Source of the DNA: Ignavibacteriota bacterium
Lineage (GTDB): Bacteria; Bacteroidota; Ignavibacteria; UBA10030; CAVZMI01
NCBI GenBank assembly: GCA_963776275.1
Contig: CAVZMI010000020.1
Coordinates: 192,001 to 256,000 of the forward strand
Direction: 5' to 3'
Length of the DNA: 64,000 nt
Below are positions 43,278-54,172 of the stretch, one piece after another. Each line of letters opens with the position of its first letter. The first letter of the stretch is position 1. Both the position numbers and the translations under genes were made by a program. The notes under the pieces are model-generated. The model was not told the DNA's origin, made no database searches, and saw only the letters and a program-made list of their open reading frames with translations.

Positions 43278-44066
43278 ATGGCCGACGACGAAACCAAGCT
43301 TCAATCAGAATTGACGTTGCTTCTTACAGATGTGCAGAGGTTTCTCATGCAAGAGCAAGATCTTTTCGGCAATATTCTATATCCTGAATCAAAGTCGGGA
43401 CAACCGAAAAAATCTGCACAACCGATTCATGCAGAAGAAGCCCTTCTTTTTCCTGATACACGCTACCCCGATGAGCCATGGACGACCGCCCCATCTCTCG
43501 ATGCACTCAATCAACAAATTTGTACATGTATGAAATGTCCCCTTGGTGCAACGCGGACCAATTTTGTATTTGGCGTTGGAAATTCGCAGGCGAAAGTGAT
43601 TGTCATAGGCGAAGCCCCGGGAGCCGATGAAGATGCACAGGGCGAGCCTTTTGTGGGTCGCGCCGGACAACTCCTCAACAAAATTCTTGAAGCCATCAAA
43701 TTCAAACGGGAAGAAGTATTTATCTGCAATATTTTAAAGTGCCGTCCTCCAAATAATCGCGATCCTTTACCTGAAGAGGTTGAACAGTGCGAGCCATATC
43801 TCTGGAAACAGCTCGAACTGATCCGTCCGATAATGATCCTTGCTGTTGGACGAATAGCAGGTCAGACTCTTCTTAAAACAACACGGGGACTCGGTGAGTT
43901 GAGGGGAACGATTCATTCCTATCATGGAATCCCGATGATGGTCACTTATCATCCTGCGGCATTATTACGAAACCCGAATTGGAAACGACCGACATGGGAA
44001 GATGTCCAGCAATTCCGTAAACTGTACGATGAACATATAAATGGAGCGAATCAATCACATGGCTGA
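43278..44066 (+). CDS. Uracil-DNA glycosylase family 4 (4Fe-4S)
   Basis: [33 protein letters not shown]. Confidence 0.92.
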   Translation: MADDETKLQSELTLLLTDVQRFLMQEQDLFGNILYPESKSGQPKKSAQPIHAEEALLFPDTRYPDEPWTTAPSLDALNQQICTCMKCPLGATRTNFVFGVGNSQAKVIVIGEAPGADEDAQGEPFVGRAGQLLNKILEAIKFKREEVFICNILKCRPPNNRDPLPEEVEQCEPYLWKQLELIRPIMILAVGRIAGQTLLKTTRGLGELRGTIHSYHGIPMMVTYHPAALLRNPNWKRPTWEDVQQFRKLYDEHINGANQSHG

Positions 44067-45502
44067 AATACGACGCATACCCGTTGAAGGCCGCTTCGAG
44101 GCGGAACATGTTTCAGGTCGTGTTCCCCCACAAGCTGTCGATATCGAGGCTGCGGTTCTCGGAGCGATGCTTCTTGATAAATCGTCCATAGCCAAGGTTA
44201 TCGAAGTACTCACAGACGATGCATTCTATAAAGAAGCACACCGGAAAATTTTCCAGGCAATCATTGCACTCTTTGAACGAAGCGAACCGGCCGACGTCAT
44301 CACGGTTATTGAAGAACTTCGCCGTCGCGGACAACTCGATCAGATCGGAGGCGAAATCTATATTACCGAACTGACAATGAAAGTAACCTCGTCGGCAAAT
44401 ATAGAGTTTCATGCCCGTATTATTCTTGAAAAGTCTTTATTACGTAACCTTATTACCTCCACGTCCGAAATTTCAACCCGTGCGTTCCAGGATACCGAAG
44501 ATGCATTTGCTCTTCTTGACGACGCCGAACAAAAGATATTCCAGATCTCTGACAGCCGCCTGAAAAAATCTTTCCTGCCGCTGAAGGAAGCCATTTTTAA
44601 AACAATGGAAATGCTTGAAAGCATACATGGAAAACACAGCGGCGTGACGGGAGTTCCTTCCGGGTTTGCGCAAATCGACGATCTTACGGGTGGATTCCAG
44701 GCTTCGGATCTTGTTATCATTGCGGGAAGACCTTCACAGGGAAAAACAGCTCTTGCCCTTTCAATCGCTCGCAATGCGGCAATTGATCATAACATCCCGA
44801 TCGGTTTTTTCAGCCTTGAAATGTCGTCCCAGCAGCTCGTCATGCGTCTGATTTGCGCAGAAGCGCGCGTCGACGCTCATCATGTTCGAACAGGCCGACT
44901 CGCCGATGAACAATGGCGGAATCTCAGTACACGTGTCGGCAAACTTGCTCAGGCAAAAATATTCATCGACGATACACCCGGCCTCGGCATTCTTGAACTT
45001 CGCGCAAAGGCACGACGTCTCAGAGCCGAAACGAACATCGGCATAGTTGTCGTCGACTATCTCCAGCTCATGCAGGGTCCGAAAAACGCTCAGAGCCGTG
45101 AACAGGAAATATCGTCTATCTCCAGATCGCTGAAAGCACTGGCAAAAGAATTAAACATTCCCGTAGTTGCTCTTTCGCAGCTTAACCGTGCTGTGGAAGC
45201 ACGCGGCGATAAGAGACCGTCTGTCCGATCTTCGTGAAAGCGGCTCGATAGAACAGGATGCAGATGTCGTTATGTTCGTCCACCGTCCTGAAATGTTCGG
45301 GATTAATGAAACAAAGGATCATGAATCGACTGAGGGTATGGCCGAAATTATCATAGGGAAACAACGCAACGGACCGACAGGGACATGTAAACTATCGTTC
45401 ATCAAACAATATGCACGTTTCGAGAACATGGCCTTTACACAATTTTCAGAAGCGACATTTGCACCTACGGCAGGTCCGGACGCGCCTGAAACTCCGTTCT
45501 AA
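44059..45502 (+). CDS. dnaB: Replicative DNA helicase (frameshift at ~45220)
   Basis: [34 protein letters not shown], then [15 protein letters not shown] and KQRNGPTG in a second frame. Confidence 0.93.
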
Positions 45503-45515
45503 GATCTTCTTCATC

Positions 45516-46424
45516 TTGGCTCAAAAAATTACACGGCGAAAATTTATCAGACAAGCTGCTTATGCGGCAATTGGCAGTACTGTTCTGAAACCCTTATTTT
45601 TTCAGCTGAAGAATGAAAATTCCTCCGATGAAAATACTACCCTCTGCATAAAGAAATTCTCTTATGCTGTCGATAATAAATTATATGAAAAGCCGATTGG
45701 TATAGTTGTGGCATCTATCGGGCTGACATTTATTGGAACTGTTTATCAAGAGAATGTTCTTGATGAGGGGGGTGAAGAACATCTTGTGATTCATTTGCAG
45801 GGTCTTGATTGTGTAACCCTCTGCGAAAATGCACTGGCGTTTGCACGATGTGTAGAGTTGAACACAACAACGTACGAAGCATACTGCCGGCAGCTACAGT
45901 ATATTCGATATCGTGCCGGAGTCATTGATAAATATCCAAGCCGCCTGCATTATTTTAGCGATTGGATATTTGACAACGAGAAGAAAGGTGTTGTGAAAAA
46001 CGTTACGGCAGATGTAGGAGGACATTTCAGCGGGAAAATTGTCCGAAAAATTAATTTCATGACAACTCACCGGGCATCATACAAGCAGTTGGCTGAGAAC
46101 AAATTTTTAGTGACAATCCAACATCAGGAAAAAGAAATTAGCAGGCGGATGCTTCGATACATTCCCAAAGACAACATCGATAAGATTTCAGCAAAGATCC
46201 GACACGGGGATATTCTCGCATTTACAACGAGCATTGAAGGAATGGATGTTTCACACACGGGGATTGCATTTCGAAAAGAAGATGGTACGATACATTTGCT
46301 GCACGCCCCTGTTCCTGGAACAAAAGTCCAGATCACAGAACTCTCGATACATGATTATTGTGCAAAAAACAGCCGGCAGACAGGGATTATTATTGCCCGG
46401 CCGCTCGAGCCTGTTATACATTAA
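45516..46424 (+). CDS. DUF1460 N-acetylmuramoyl-L-alanine amidase-like protein, Tat-type signal
   Basis: TRRKF twin-arginine motif; LDCVT, IRYR, RLHYFSDW, SHTG, LLHA; TTG start assumed. Confidence 0.8.
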   Translation: MAQKITRRKFIRQAAYAAIGSTVLKPLFFQLKNENSSDENTTLCIKKFSYAVDNKLYEKPIGIVVASIGLTFIGTVYQENVLDEGGEEHLVIHLQGLDCVTLCENALAFARCVELNTTTYEAYCRQLQYIRYRAGVIDKYPSRLHYFSDWIFDNEKKGVVKNVTADVGGHFSGKIVRKINFMTTHRASYKQLAENKFLVTIQHQEKEISRRMLRYIPKDNIDKISAKIRHGDILAFTTSIEGMDVSHTGIAFRKEDGTIHLLHAPVPGTKVQITELSIHDYCAKNSRQTGIIIARPLEPVIH

Positions 46425-46449
46425 TTCTTGAAATCATGGCGGACAGGCT

Positions 46450-47567
46450 ATGGCAGACAAACAGCAACCGCTCGTCATATTGGTTGAAGACGACGCCGAA
46501 ATATTAGATGTAATGGCCGCACTACTCGAAAATTCGGGATTTTCCGTTGTGCGTGCACTTAACGGTGTTGAAGCTCTTACTCTGCTTGAGAGATATACGC
46601 CCGATATAGTTGTTTCAGATATTCATATGCCGAAGATGAACGGGTTTGATTTCTATACCGCATTACGGGATCGTGAAAATATGCAGCATGTTCCATTTAT
46701 CTTTCTTACCGGATTTTCTGATGTGGAGAGCGTCGTCCGCGGCCGTGAACTCGGTGTCGATGATTACCTCATCAAGCCGGTTGATGCACGGCTATTGCTT
46801 TCGAGCATTCGTGGTAAACTGAAACGCGCCGGCGAGATCCGGGTCTCAACCACCGATCAAATTGCGGAGCTGAAAAATCATCTGATACATGGCTCTACAC
46901 ATGAATTCCGCACTCCGCTGACATTGATCAATAGCACAACAGATATGCTCGCCGATGCATCGATGCAATTCGGCCCGGAGGAAATGCAACAATTTGTCGC
47001 CATGATAAAAGAGGGAGGGGCGCGTTTACAGCGCCTTGTCGAATCATTTTTACTGGCCTCGGCTATCGAGGCCGGTGAAACGCAGAAAGAATATAACGCC
47101 CGGGTCAACGAGTACGAACTTACCGAGATCATCACAGCGTCAATCACCGACGCAACACCTCTGGCAGCCGAACGTTCGATCACAATCGCACAGGAAATTC
47201 CCCACGGTTGCTTCATGGTAAGGATATGTCAAAAGCATATATTTGAAATTCTCCGGTGTCTGCTCGAAAATGCAGTAAAATTCAGTCCTGCAGGCTCTGC
47301 CGTCCATTGCCGGATTACCGATGATGGAATCTCATGACCGTGAGTGTAGAAGATCACGGCCGGGGAATCCCTGTTACCGAACTTCCAAAAATCGTCGAGA
47401 AATTTTACCAGGTGGATAGAAGAAAATTCGAGCAGCAGGGAATCGGCCTCGGCCTGTATATAGCTAGAAGTTTAGCAGAAATGAATAAAATTGTCCTCGC
47501 ATTCGATAGCGTGGAAGGTCAAGGCACCACCGCACGCTTGCGTTTCCCAAAAGTGGTTACAAATTGA
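46450..47567 (+). CDS. Hybrid response regulator/histidine kinase (frameshift at ~47330)
   Basis: REC (VEDD, SDIHMP, KP), H-box HEFRTPL, N-box ENAVKF; G1 DHGRGI and G2 GIGLGL in the second frame. Confidence 0.85.
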
Positions 47568-48423
47568 ATTCGACTAAACCCTCCAACACCTTGAGATTCT
47601 CCATATCTTCATGCATATCCTCACTTTTCGGCGTCTCGAGAATCTTAGGAATTTCCTGGAAACGCTGATCATTCATGAGTAATGAAAATCCTTTAATACC
47701 GATCGTTCCTTTACCAATATGCTCATGTCGGTCGATACGAGCACCAAGTTCTTTCTTCGAATCATTGACATGAAATGTAACCAGCCGGTCAAGACCGATT
47801 ACTTCATCAAATTCATGAAATGTTTTTTCATATCCTTCTTCCGTGCCGATATCATACCCTGCGGCAAAGACATGACATGTATCAATACACACCCCAATTC
47901 GCTTTTTTTCTTCTACCAGCTCGATTATTGCCTGCAAATGTTCAAAGGTATAGCCGAGGGCAGTCCCCTGACCGGCTGTTGTCTCCAGCACACTCTTCAC
48001 TGAAAACTCTTTTGTTTTTTCATGGATGAGGTTGATCGACTCTGCAATTTTTTGTATTCCTTCTTTTTCTCCAAGACCCATATGCGAGCCGGGATGAAAA
48101 TTTAGGTAGGGAATGCCGAGCGCCTGACAACGCTGTAATTCATCGAGAAAGGCATCCCTTGATTTCTTTAAGATCAATGCATTCTTAGCACAGAGATTGA
48201 TTAGATAACAATCGTGCGCAATAACAGGTGTGATTAATGATTTTTTCGCTTTCTCTCGGTACTGCCGAATATCTTCCTCCGTCAGCGATTTTCCGTACCA
48301 CTGGCTGCTGTTTTTTGAAAAAACCTGCATTGTCTTGCAGCCGATTTTTTCTCCCCGGTCAAAGGCTGTATGAACGCCGCCGGCAATGGACATATGGGCA
48401 CCGAGGAGAGGAACTTTTCTCAT
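47557..48423 (-). CDS. nfo: Endonuclease IV
   Basis: GAHMSIAGG, YLINL, FHPGS, LETTAG, DTCH, HVNDSK, DRHEHIG, ILETP. Confidence 0.95.
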   Translation of the reverse strand: MRKVPLLGAHMSIAGGVHTAFDRGEKIGCKTMQVFSKNSSQWYGKSLTEEDIRQYREKAKKSLITPVIAHDCYLINLCAKNALILKKSRDAFLDELQRCQALGIPYLNFHPGSHMGLGEKEGIQKIAESINLIHEKTKEFSVKSVLETTAGQGTALGYTFEHLQAIIELVEEKKRIGVCIDTCHVFAAGYDIGTEEGYEKTFHEFDEVIGLDRLVTFHVNDSKKELGARIDRHEHIGKGTIGIKGFSLLMNDQRFQEIPKILETPKSEDMHEDMENLKVLEGLVEFNL

Positions 48424-48474
48424 AAAATATTAACACAGTACATGTAACTTCACATATTAATTTCAGAGGCAGGA

Positions 48475-49746
48475 CTATTCTTCCAATATCTTTTTTGATG
48501 CCTCATTAATCGTGAGCCGGGTTTGAAACATCCCACTGATACCACCACGACACGTGAGGGTAAACGACAGCTGTTTAGGGACATACCCCTCCGGGTAAGT
48601 TAATTTTATCCATCCCGGCTCTTTTTTCTTGAATATTTTATTGGGATAGATTTCTGTACCAACAACATCCGGGGACTCAACCGATACACTCTCCAGTTCG
48701 TCTCCTTCGTTCACAATGAAACAAGTGCACTTATTATTTTCACGTAGAATACGAAGGAGTCGTAATGAAAGAACGGGCAACGGTTTTACTTCCTCCGGTA
48801 ATACAGAAACCGGGATATCAGTAGAAGGTGGGATATCAGGAGTTTTCTGAGATATAAAAGACGTTACAGAAGGTTCTGGCAACGGTGGCCGATCCATATC
48901 CGGTGGTGGTTCTATAACCGATGGTATAGTCGGCGTCTCGATTTGTTCTTTCTGAACGTATCTATCTGTGAAAGGATCGTAAGTGAACGCATCACTACTT
49001 GAGAAATCATTATTTTTAATCGACTGGGCTACCTCCACTACTCGATTTCCATAATCTTTTAATTCTGGAGATAGGTACCCGTGTGGTTCTTCTTCTCTTC
49101 CACGGCCTGTAGCAATATCAAAGAGTGTCCGATCATATGATGCAATTTTATTGTACGCCAGTAATATTGTCGCCATGGCCATACCCGAGAGAAAGCCGCC
49201 GACGTGGGCCCAGTATGCGATCTCACCTCCCCCTGAAACAGCTCCAACAATATCAAAGACGAACCATAACCCTACCATCATATAACCATATACCTTAAAT
49301 CCGGCACCAATAAATCCGAAAAGAAAAATACATTCGAGCTTATTAACCGGAAATAAAACAAGTGACATACCGATGATACCGTTCACAGCACCGCTCGCCC
49401 CGATAGCTGGAATATCGCTAAAGAAAAGATGTGTCGATGACGCGCATAGGCCAAGAAAGAGATACACAAAAGTATACCAGATATTTCCAACAACAGAATT
49501 GATCGCATTCCCAAATACCCAGAGAAACAGCATATTCCCGATAAGATGAAAAAGACCGCCGTGTAGAAACATGCAACCAAGCAAACCACTAAAGCTCCAA
49601 TCCTGCAATACCATCGACTCTGTAACAGATTCAGGAACGATAGAATATGTTGTAAGAAAATATAGGAGGCATGTAACTCCGATGATTATTGCATTTGAAA
49701 TGGGAGCATAGACATATGAAATTTGTAAGCGATATGGAATGACCAC
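48475..49746 (-). CDS. Rhomboid intramembrane serine protease with soluble C-terminal extension
   Basis: FLHGGLFHLIGNMLFLW.FG, GASG, AHVGGF; Pro-rich linker. Confidence 0.85.
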   Translation of the reverse strand: MVIPYRLQISYVYAPISNAIIIGVTCLLYFLTTYSIVPESVTESMVLQDWSFSGLLGCMFLHGGLFHLIGNMLFLWVFGNAINSVVGNIWYTFVYLFLGLCASSTHLFFSDIPAIGASGAVNGIIGMSLVLFPVNKLECIFLFGFIGAGFKVYGYMMVGLWFVFDIVGAVSGGGEIAYWAHVGGFLSGMAMATILLAYNKIASYDRTLFDIATGRGREEEPHGYLSPELKDYGNRVVEVAQSIKNNDFSSSDAFTYDPFTDRYVQKEQIETPTIPSVIEPPPDMDRPPLPEPSVTSFISQKTPDIPPSTDIPVSVLPEEVKPLPVLSLRLLRILRENNKCTCFIVNEGDELESVSVESPDVVGTEIYPNKIFKKKEPGWIKLTYPEGYVPKQLSFTLTCRGGISGMFQTRLTINEASKKILEE

Positions 49747-49795
49747 GATTGATCTCCTGGCAAATGATTAATTTAACCGATTATTGAGTCGATAC

Positions 49796-51109
49796 TCATC
49801 GATAGGGATAGAAGATAAAAAATAAAAGGGATAATCCTGATAGTACCCAAAGTCCCGGTTTTATTTCCGAAAATTTTCCCGAAAGTACTTTAAAGAGCGG
49901 ATAAGCTACAAAACCTGCTGTCATTCCGATTCCAATATTATAAGTAAAACTCATTAATGCAACTACGCAAAACACAGGAATGGCTTCTGTAAGATCATCG
50001 AATCGAAGACGCGTAATGGGTGTAATCATCAGGACACCGACGATGATCAGCGACGGTCCATAGGCAAACGCAGGAATAGCTGTGAAAAATGGTGCAAAAA
50101 ACAGAGCCAGTAAAAAAAGAACGGCGGTCACGACCGCTGTGAGTCCTGATTTCCCACCGGCTTCGATTCCTGTTGCCGATTCGATATATGCCCCCGTTGT
50201 CGATGTTCCAAGTATTGCAGCGAGCGTTGTTGCCAGCGCATCGCACAACATCGGCTTTTCAATCCCGGGTAGATTACCATGCTCATCAAGAAGATTCGCT
50301 TTGTACGCTAAACCGATCAGAGTACCGAGGGTATCAAGAAAAGCCATAACGAACACAGTAAGGATCACTGAAAAAAGTCCCCACTGCAATGCCCCGGCAA
50401 CATCCATATGAAACAATACCGGGGTAATATCGGGCGGTACACTTATCCACTGCTGCGGAAGCGGGACAATTCCCAAGAAGAATGCAAGAATCGTGACGCT
50501 CACTATACCGATAAGAATTGCTCCACGTACACGGCGCATCATGAGAAATCCGATGAGAAGAAATCCAAAAATCGAAAGGAGCACCGACAACTGGCGAAGT
50601 GCCCCGGTATGAACCGGTGCACCCTCGACACCTACTCGAACAATGCCGCACTCGTTAAGACCGATGAAGGCGAGGAACAGTCCAATGCCGACAGCAAAGG
50701 CAATTTTCAATGACTCGGGTATTGCATTGGCCAGCCAGCTTCGCACTTTGAAGAGTGTAAGAATCGTAAACAATACTCCGCTAATAAATATTGCACCAAG
50801 TGCAACCTGCCAGCTGTATCCCATGACGCGAACAACGGTATATGCAATGAACGCATTTTCTCCCATATACGGTGCAATAGCAAAGGGACGTTTGGCATAT
50901 AAACCGATTGCCATCGTCCCGAAAAAAGCGCTGAGAATTGTCGCAACCATCGATGCCCCAAAAGGCATACCGGCGGCTTCGAGGATTTTGGGATTGACGA
51001 TAATAATGTAGGCCATCGTAACAAACGTCGTTATACCCGCGACGATTTCTTGCTTGATTGTTGTCCCAAGTTTATCAAGTTCGAAGAATGATTTCAAAAA
51101 ATTACTCAT
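49796..51109 (-). CDS. NCS2/AzgA family guanine-hypoxanthine permease
   Basis: AGITTFVTMAYIIIVNP, APYMGENAF, DTLGTL, YIESATGIEAGG. Confidence 0.9.
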   Translation of the reverse strand: MSNFLKSFFELDKLGTTIKQEIVAGITTFVTMAYIIIVNPKILEAAGMPFGASMVATILSAFFGTMAIGLYAKRPFAIAPYMGENAFIAYTVVRVMGYSWQVALGAIFISGVLFTILTLFKVRSWLANAIPESLKIAFAVGIGLFLAFIGLNECGIVRVGVEGAPVHTGALRQLSVLLSIFGFLLIGFLMMRRVRGAILIGIVSVTILAFFLGIVPLPQQWISVPPDITPVLFHMDVAGALQWGLFSVILTVFVMAFLDTLGTLIGLAYKANLLDEHGNLPGIEKPMLCDALATTLAAILGTSTTGAYIESATGIEAGGKSGLTAVVTAVLFLLALFFAPFFTAIPAFAYGPSLIIVGVLMITPITRLRFDDLTEAIPVFCVVALMSFTYNIGIGMTAGFVAYPLFKVLSGKFSEIKPGLWVLSGLSLLFFIFYPYR

Positions 51110-51354
51110 CGTGAAACTCCCTTATTATTTTCAGTTTACTATTTCTCTCGCTCAAATTCTTCGGATAAATTATGGTAAGAGCCTGCCTGCTTTCGTAGTT
51201 TGTTCCCATGGAGCGCAAGTACCAGAGGAAAGCCCTTCTATTGGCTATAAAGAGGTGATTCATGGATAAGGATGATTTGTCCCTGGACGACAAATTTTAA
51301 CACTATGATAATAGTAGAAAGACTCCTGATATGCAAGAAAGTGAAATATTTTTC

Positions 51355-51383
51355 TTGACATAATATATCCAATTTTGTAGATT
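51355..51383 (+). promoter_or_regulatory. Sigma70-type promoter of trp leader/trpB2
   Basis: TTGACA-17-TAGATT. Confidence 0.65.
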
Positions 51384-51392
51384 AAATTGATA

Positions 51393-51482
51393 ATGAAAAT
51401 GTGTAATCAATATATCATTTTTAAGGGGGATTATTGGTGGTGGCGCTGGTTCGCCGAGGGCGTACCGGTGTCCCTGCACTAG
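51393..51482 (+). CDS. trpL: Trp-rich leader peptide (attenuation)
   Basis: MKMCNQYIIFKGDYWWWRWFAEGVPVSLH*, four Trp codons in five positions, directly upstream of a terminator and trpB2. Confidence 0.85.
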   Translation: MKMCNQYIIFKGDYWWWRWFAEGVPVSLH

Positions 51483-51503
51483 TGTGTTTACGGATTGAAC
51501 CGT

Positions 51504-51543
51504 AAAAGTGGGATCACCGGACAAGGCGTTCCCACTTTTTTTT
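51504..51543 (+). terminator. Attenuator terminator hairpin
   Basis: AAAAGTGGGA...TCCCAC followed by T8; overlapped by antiterminator CCGGTGTCCC (51465-51474)/GGGATCACCGG (51510-51520). Confidence 0.8.
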
Positions 51544-51627
51544 GAATGACAGTAATCGTGGGAGCCTGAAACCACGATTTTTTTATTTATATCATTATCA
51601 TAACCACATTAAATGGAGAACAGAACA

Positions 51628-52994
51628 ATGGAACCCCGAAAAATCTTACTCGAAGAAAAGGAGATGCCCACCTCTTATTACAACATTCAGGCTGATCTTC
51701 CCCATCCGCTTGATCCCCCACTCCATCCGGGGACCGGAAAACCGATCGGACCGTACTCAACCTTGCGGCAATATTTCCGATGGAATTAATAAAGCAGGAA
51801 GTCAGCCAGGAACGGTTTATCGAAATTCCTGAAGAAGTCCAGCGTGCATATCTTCTCTACCGTCCTACACCGCTTATTCGTGCATTCGATCTTGAAAAAG
51901 CATTAGACACCCCGGCGAAAATCTATTATAAGTACGAAGGGGTGAGTCCTGCCGGAAGTCACAAACCAAATACCGCTATACCGCAGGCATTCTACAACAA
52001 GAAGGAAGGTATAAAGCGATTAACGACTGAAACCGGAGCCGGGCAATGGGGAAGCGCGCTCAGCTTCGCATGCAACATGTTCAAACTGGAATGCAAGGTG
52101 TACATGGTCCGTGTGAGCTATGAACAAAAGCCGTATCGACGTTCGATGATTCGTGCATGGGGAAGTCAGGTCGTGCCAAGTCCAAGCCGTGATACCAAAG
52201 CCGGCCGCGCAATTCTTAAAAAGAATCCTAAATCACCGGGAAGTCTTGGAATTGCGATCAGCGAAGCGGTTGAAGATGCGGCGGGCCGTTCAGACACAAA
52301 CTACTCGCTCGGTAGCGTGTTGAACCATGTGCTGCTTCACCAGACTGTCGTAGGTCAGGAGGCAATGAAACAGCTCGAAAAAGCGGGTCTTTATCCTGAT
52401 ATCGTTATCGGCTGTGTAGGGGGCGGATCGAATTTTGGCGGGATTGTATTACCATTTATTCGCGATCAAATTCATGGAAAGAAAGTCCGGGCAATAGCGG
52501 TTGAACCTGCATCATGTCCAACACTCACCAGAGGAGAATTTCGCTACGATTTCGGCGATGTGGCAAAGATGACACCGCTTCTCGCAATGTACACACTCGG
52601 GCACAATTTTATTCCTGAATCAATTCACGCCGGCGGACTCCGTTATCATGGAATGTCGCCCATCATCAGCCGGCTGTGCAAAGATGGATTGATTGAAGCA
52701 CGAGCATACATGCAAAATGAAATTTTTGAAGCTGCAGTGTTATTTGCTCGAACCGAAGGCATCATCCCGGCTCCTGAATCAGCACATGCAATCCTCGCAG
52801 TGATCGATGAGGCAAAGCAGGCAAAAAAGGAAGGGACAAAAAAGGTCATTCTATTTAATTTAAGCGGACATGGTCACTTTGATATGTCTGCCTACGATGC
52901 ATACCTGGGCGGAAAACTTATCAATCATGAACTCAAGAAGTCAACCATCCAGAAGGCACTGAAGGAGATCGAAACATATCCGGTGCCGGCATAA
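51628..52994 (+). CDS. trpB2: Tryptophan synthase beta chain 2 (TrpB2; frameshift at ~51755)
   Basis: [16 protein letters not shown] in the first frame; [45 protein letters not shown] in the second. Confidence 0.9.
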
Positions 52995-53020
52995 GGTTCA
53001 GTATATCCAGTAATTGTCTG

Positions 53021-53054
53021 AAAAAGGCTCCGATACTAATACCGGAGCCTTTTT
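53021..53054 (+). terminator. Rho-independent terminator after trpB2 (possibly bidirectional)
   Basis: AAAAAGGCTCCG...CGGAGCCTTTTT. Confidence 0.75.
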
Positions 53055-53170
53055 ATATGTATACAATGTACCGTCTTGAAATAAGTTTACAGAAAGAGAG
53101 AAAAATGGATCTTAATGCTCTTGCACAAATACCCTCAAAATATTAAGGGGAATCGCTCAATATCCTAAGC

Positions 53171-53250
53171 TTTTCCCCTTGACCTTAACCCCTCGACTCT
53201 CTCACTCCGTTCGCTCGTTCCACGAAGTGGTACTTTAGTGCGGGGTAAAC
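53171..53250. repeat. Second REP-like element related to 4852-5053
   Basis: Shares 13-mer TTTTCCCCTTGAC, then CCCCTCGAC, and ends GGGTAAAC. Confidence 0.55.
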
Positions 53251-53258
53251 CCTTGCCT

Positions 53259-54161
53259 TTACCCTGCTTTTCTCAACGCCTCAGCGCCGCTTACAATTTC
53301 AAGCAGCTCTTTCGTAATCGCCGCCTGACGCGCTTTATTATACGAAAGTTGGAGATCGCTGATAATTTCAGACGCATTCGTCGTGGCATTATCCATGGCC
53401 GTCATACGGGCTCCCTGTTCTGCGGCATTGGATTCCAGTAAAACTCGCCAGATCTCGAAGTTCAAATGTTTTGGTAATAACGCGTTGATAATTGCAGGTG
53501 CGGAGGGTTCATAAATATAATCTACATGATACGAGTATTCCGCAGATTGGCCGCTTTGTGCGTTAAGTTGTGACGCGGGGATTGGAAGAAACTCTTCAAT
53601 AATTATTTTTTGCTGGATAACCGATTTAAACTCATTATAAATAATTTCGATTCTGTCAAACTTTCCGTTGAGGTATCCTTCAATAAGGTCGTGTGCAATT
53701 TCCTGGGCATGTGAAAAATTAAGCACATTGAAGAACATTTTTTTTCCCCCGACAATAGCGTATCCGTGTTTCGAGAAAAAATCGAATCCACGTCGTCCAA
53801 TACAATAGAGCTTCACCGCACCGGCTGCATTCAAATCTTTATATGTTTGTTCAATGTGATGGATGGCTGTCTTGGCGATATTCGAATTAAACGCGCCGCA
53901 TAATCCTCGATCAGCGGTGACAATAACAATGGCAACATTGTTTACTTCGCGGTGTTGAAGCAAAGGATTGACACTCACATCTGTTGTTTCGATAAGGTCT
54001 TGCAGCATCTGGCGCATCTTTCGCGCATAGGGCCGAGCCGACACAATACTTTCCTGCGCACGTCGAAGTCTCGCCGCGGCAACCATCTTCATTGCCTTCG
54101 TAATCTTCTGTGTACTTTTGACGCCGCTGATCCGGCTGCGTATATCACGAAGAGTCGCCAT
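53259..54161 (-). CDS. atpG: ATP synthase F1 gamma
   Basis: KITKAMKMVAAARL, DRGLCGAFN, ARMTAMDNAT, RQAAITKELLEIVSGA. Confidence 0.97.
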   Translation of the reverse strand: MATLRDIRSRISGVKSTQKITKAMKMVAAARLRRAQESIVSARPYARKMRQMLQDLIETTDVSVNPLLQHREVNNVAIVIVTADRGLCGAFNSNIAKTAIHHIEQTYKDLNAAGAVKLYCIGRRGFDFFSKHGYAIVGGKKMFFNVLNFSHAQEIAHDLIEGYLNGKFDRIEIIYNEFKSVIQQKIIIEEFLPIPASQLNAQSGQSAEYSYHVDYIYEPSAPAIINALLPKHLNFEIWRVLLESNAAEQGARMTAMDNATTNASEIISDLQLSYNKARQAAITKELLEIVSGAEALRKAG

Positions 54162-54172
54162 GAATTCGCTTC

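Noticed and set aside
44059-45502. dnaB as pseudogene, intein host or programmed frameshift
   Set aside because: Essential gene with both halves undecayed; no slippery run or intein motifs; break fits the GGWCC error pattern
51102-51293. 63-aa ORF upstream of the NCS2 permease
   Set aside because: No recognisable motif or RBS; more likely 5' UTR
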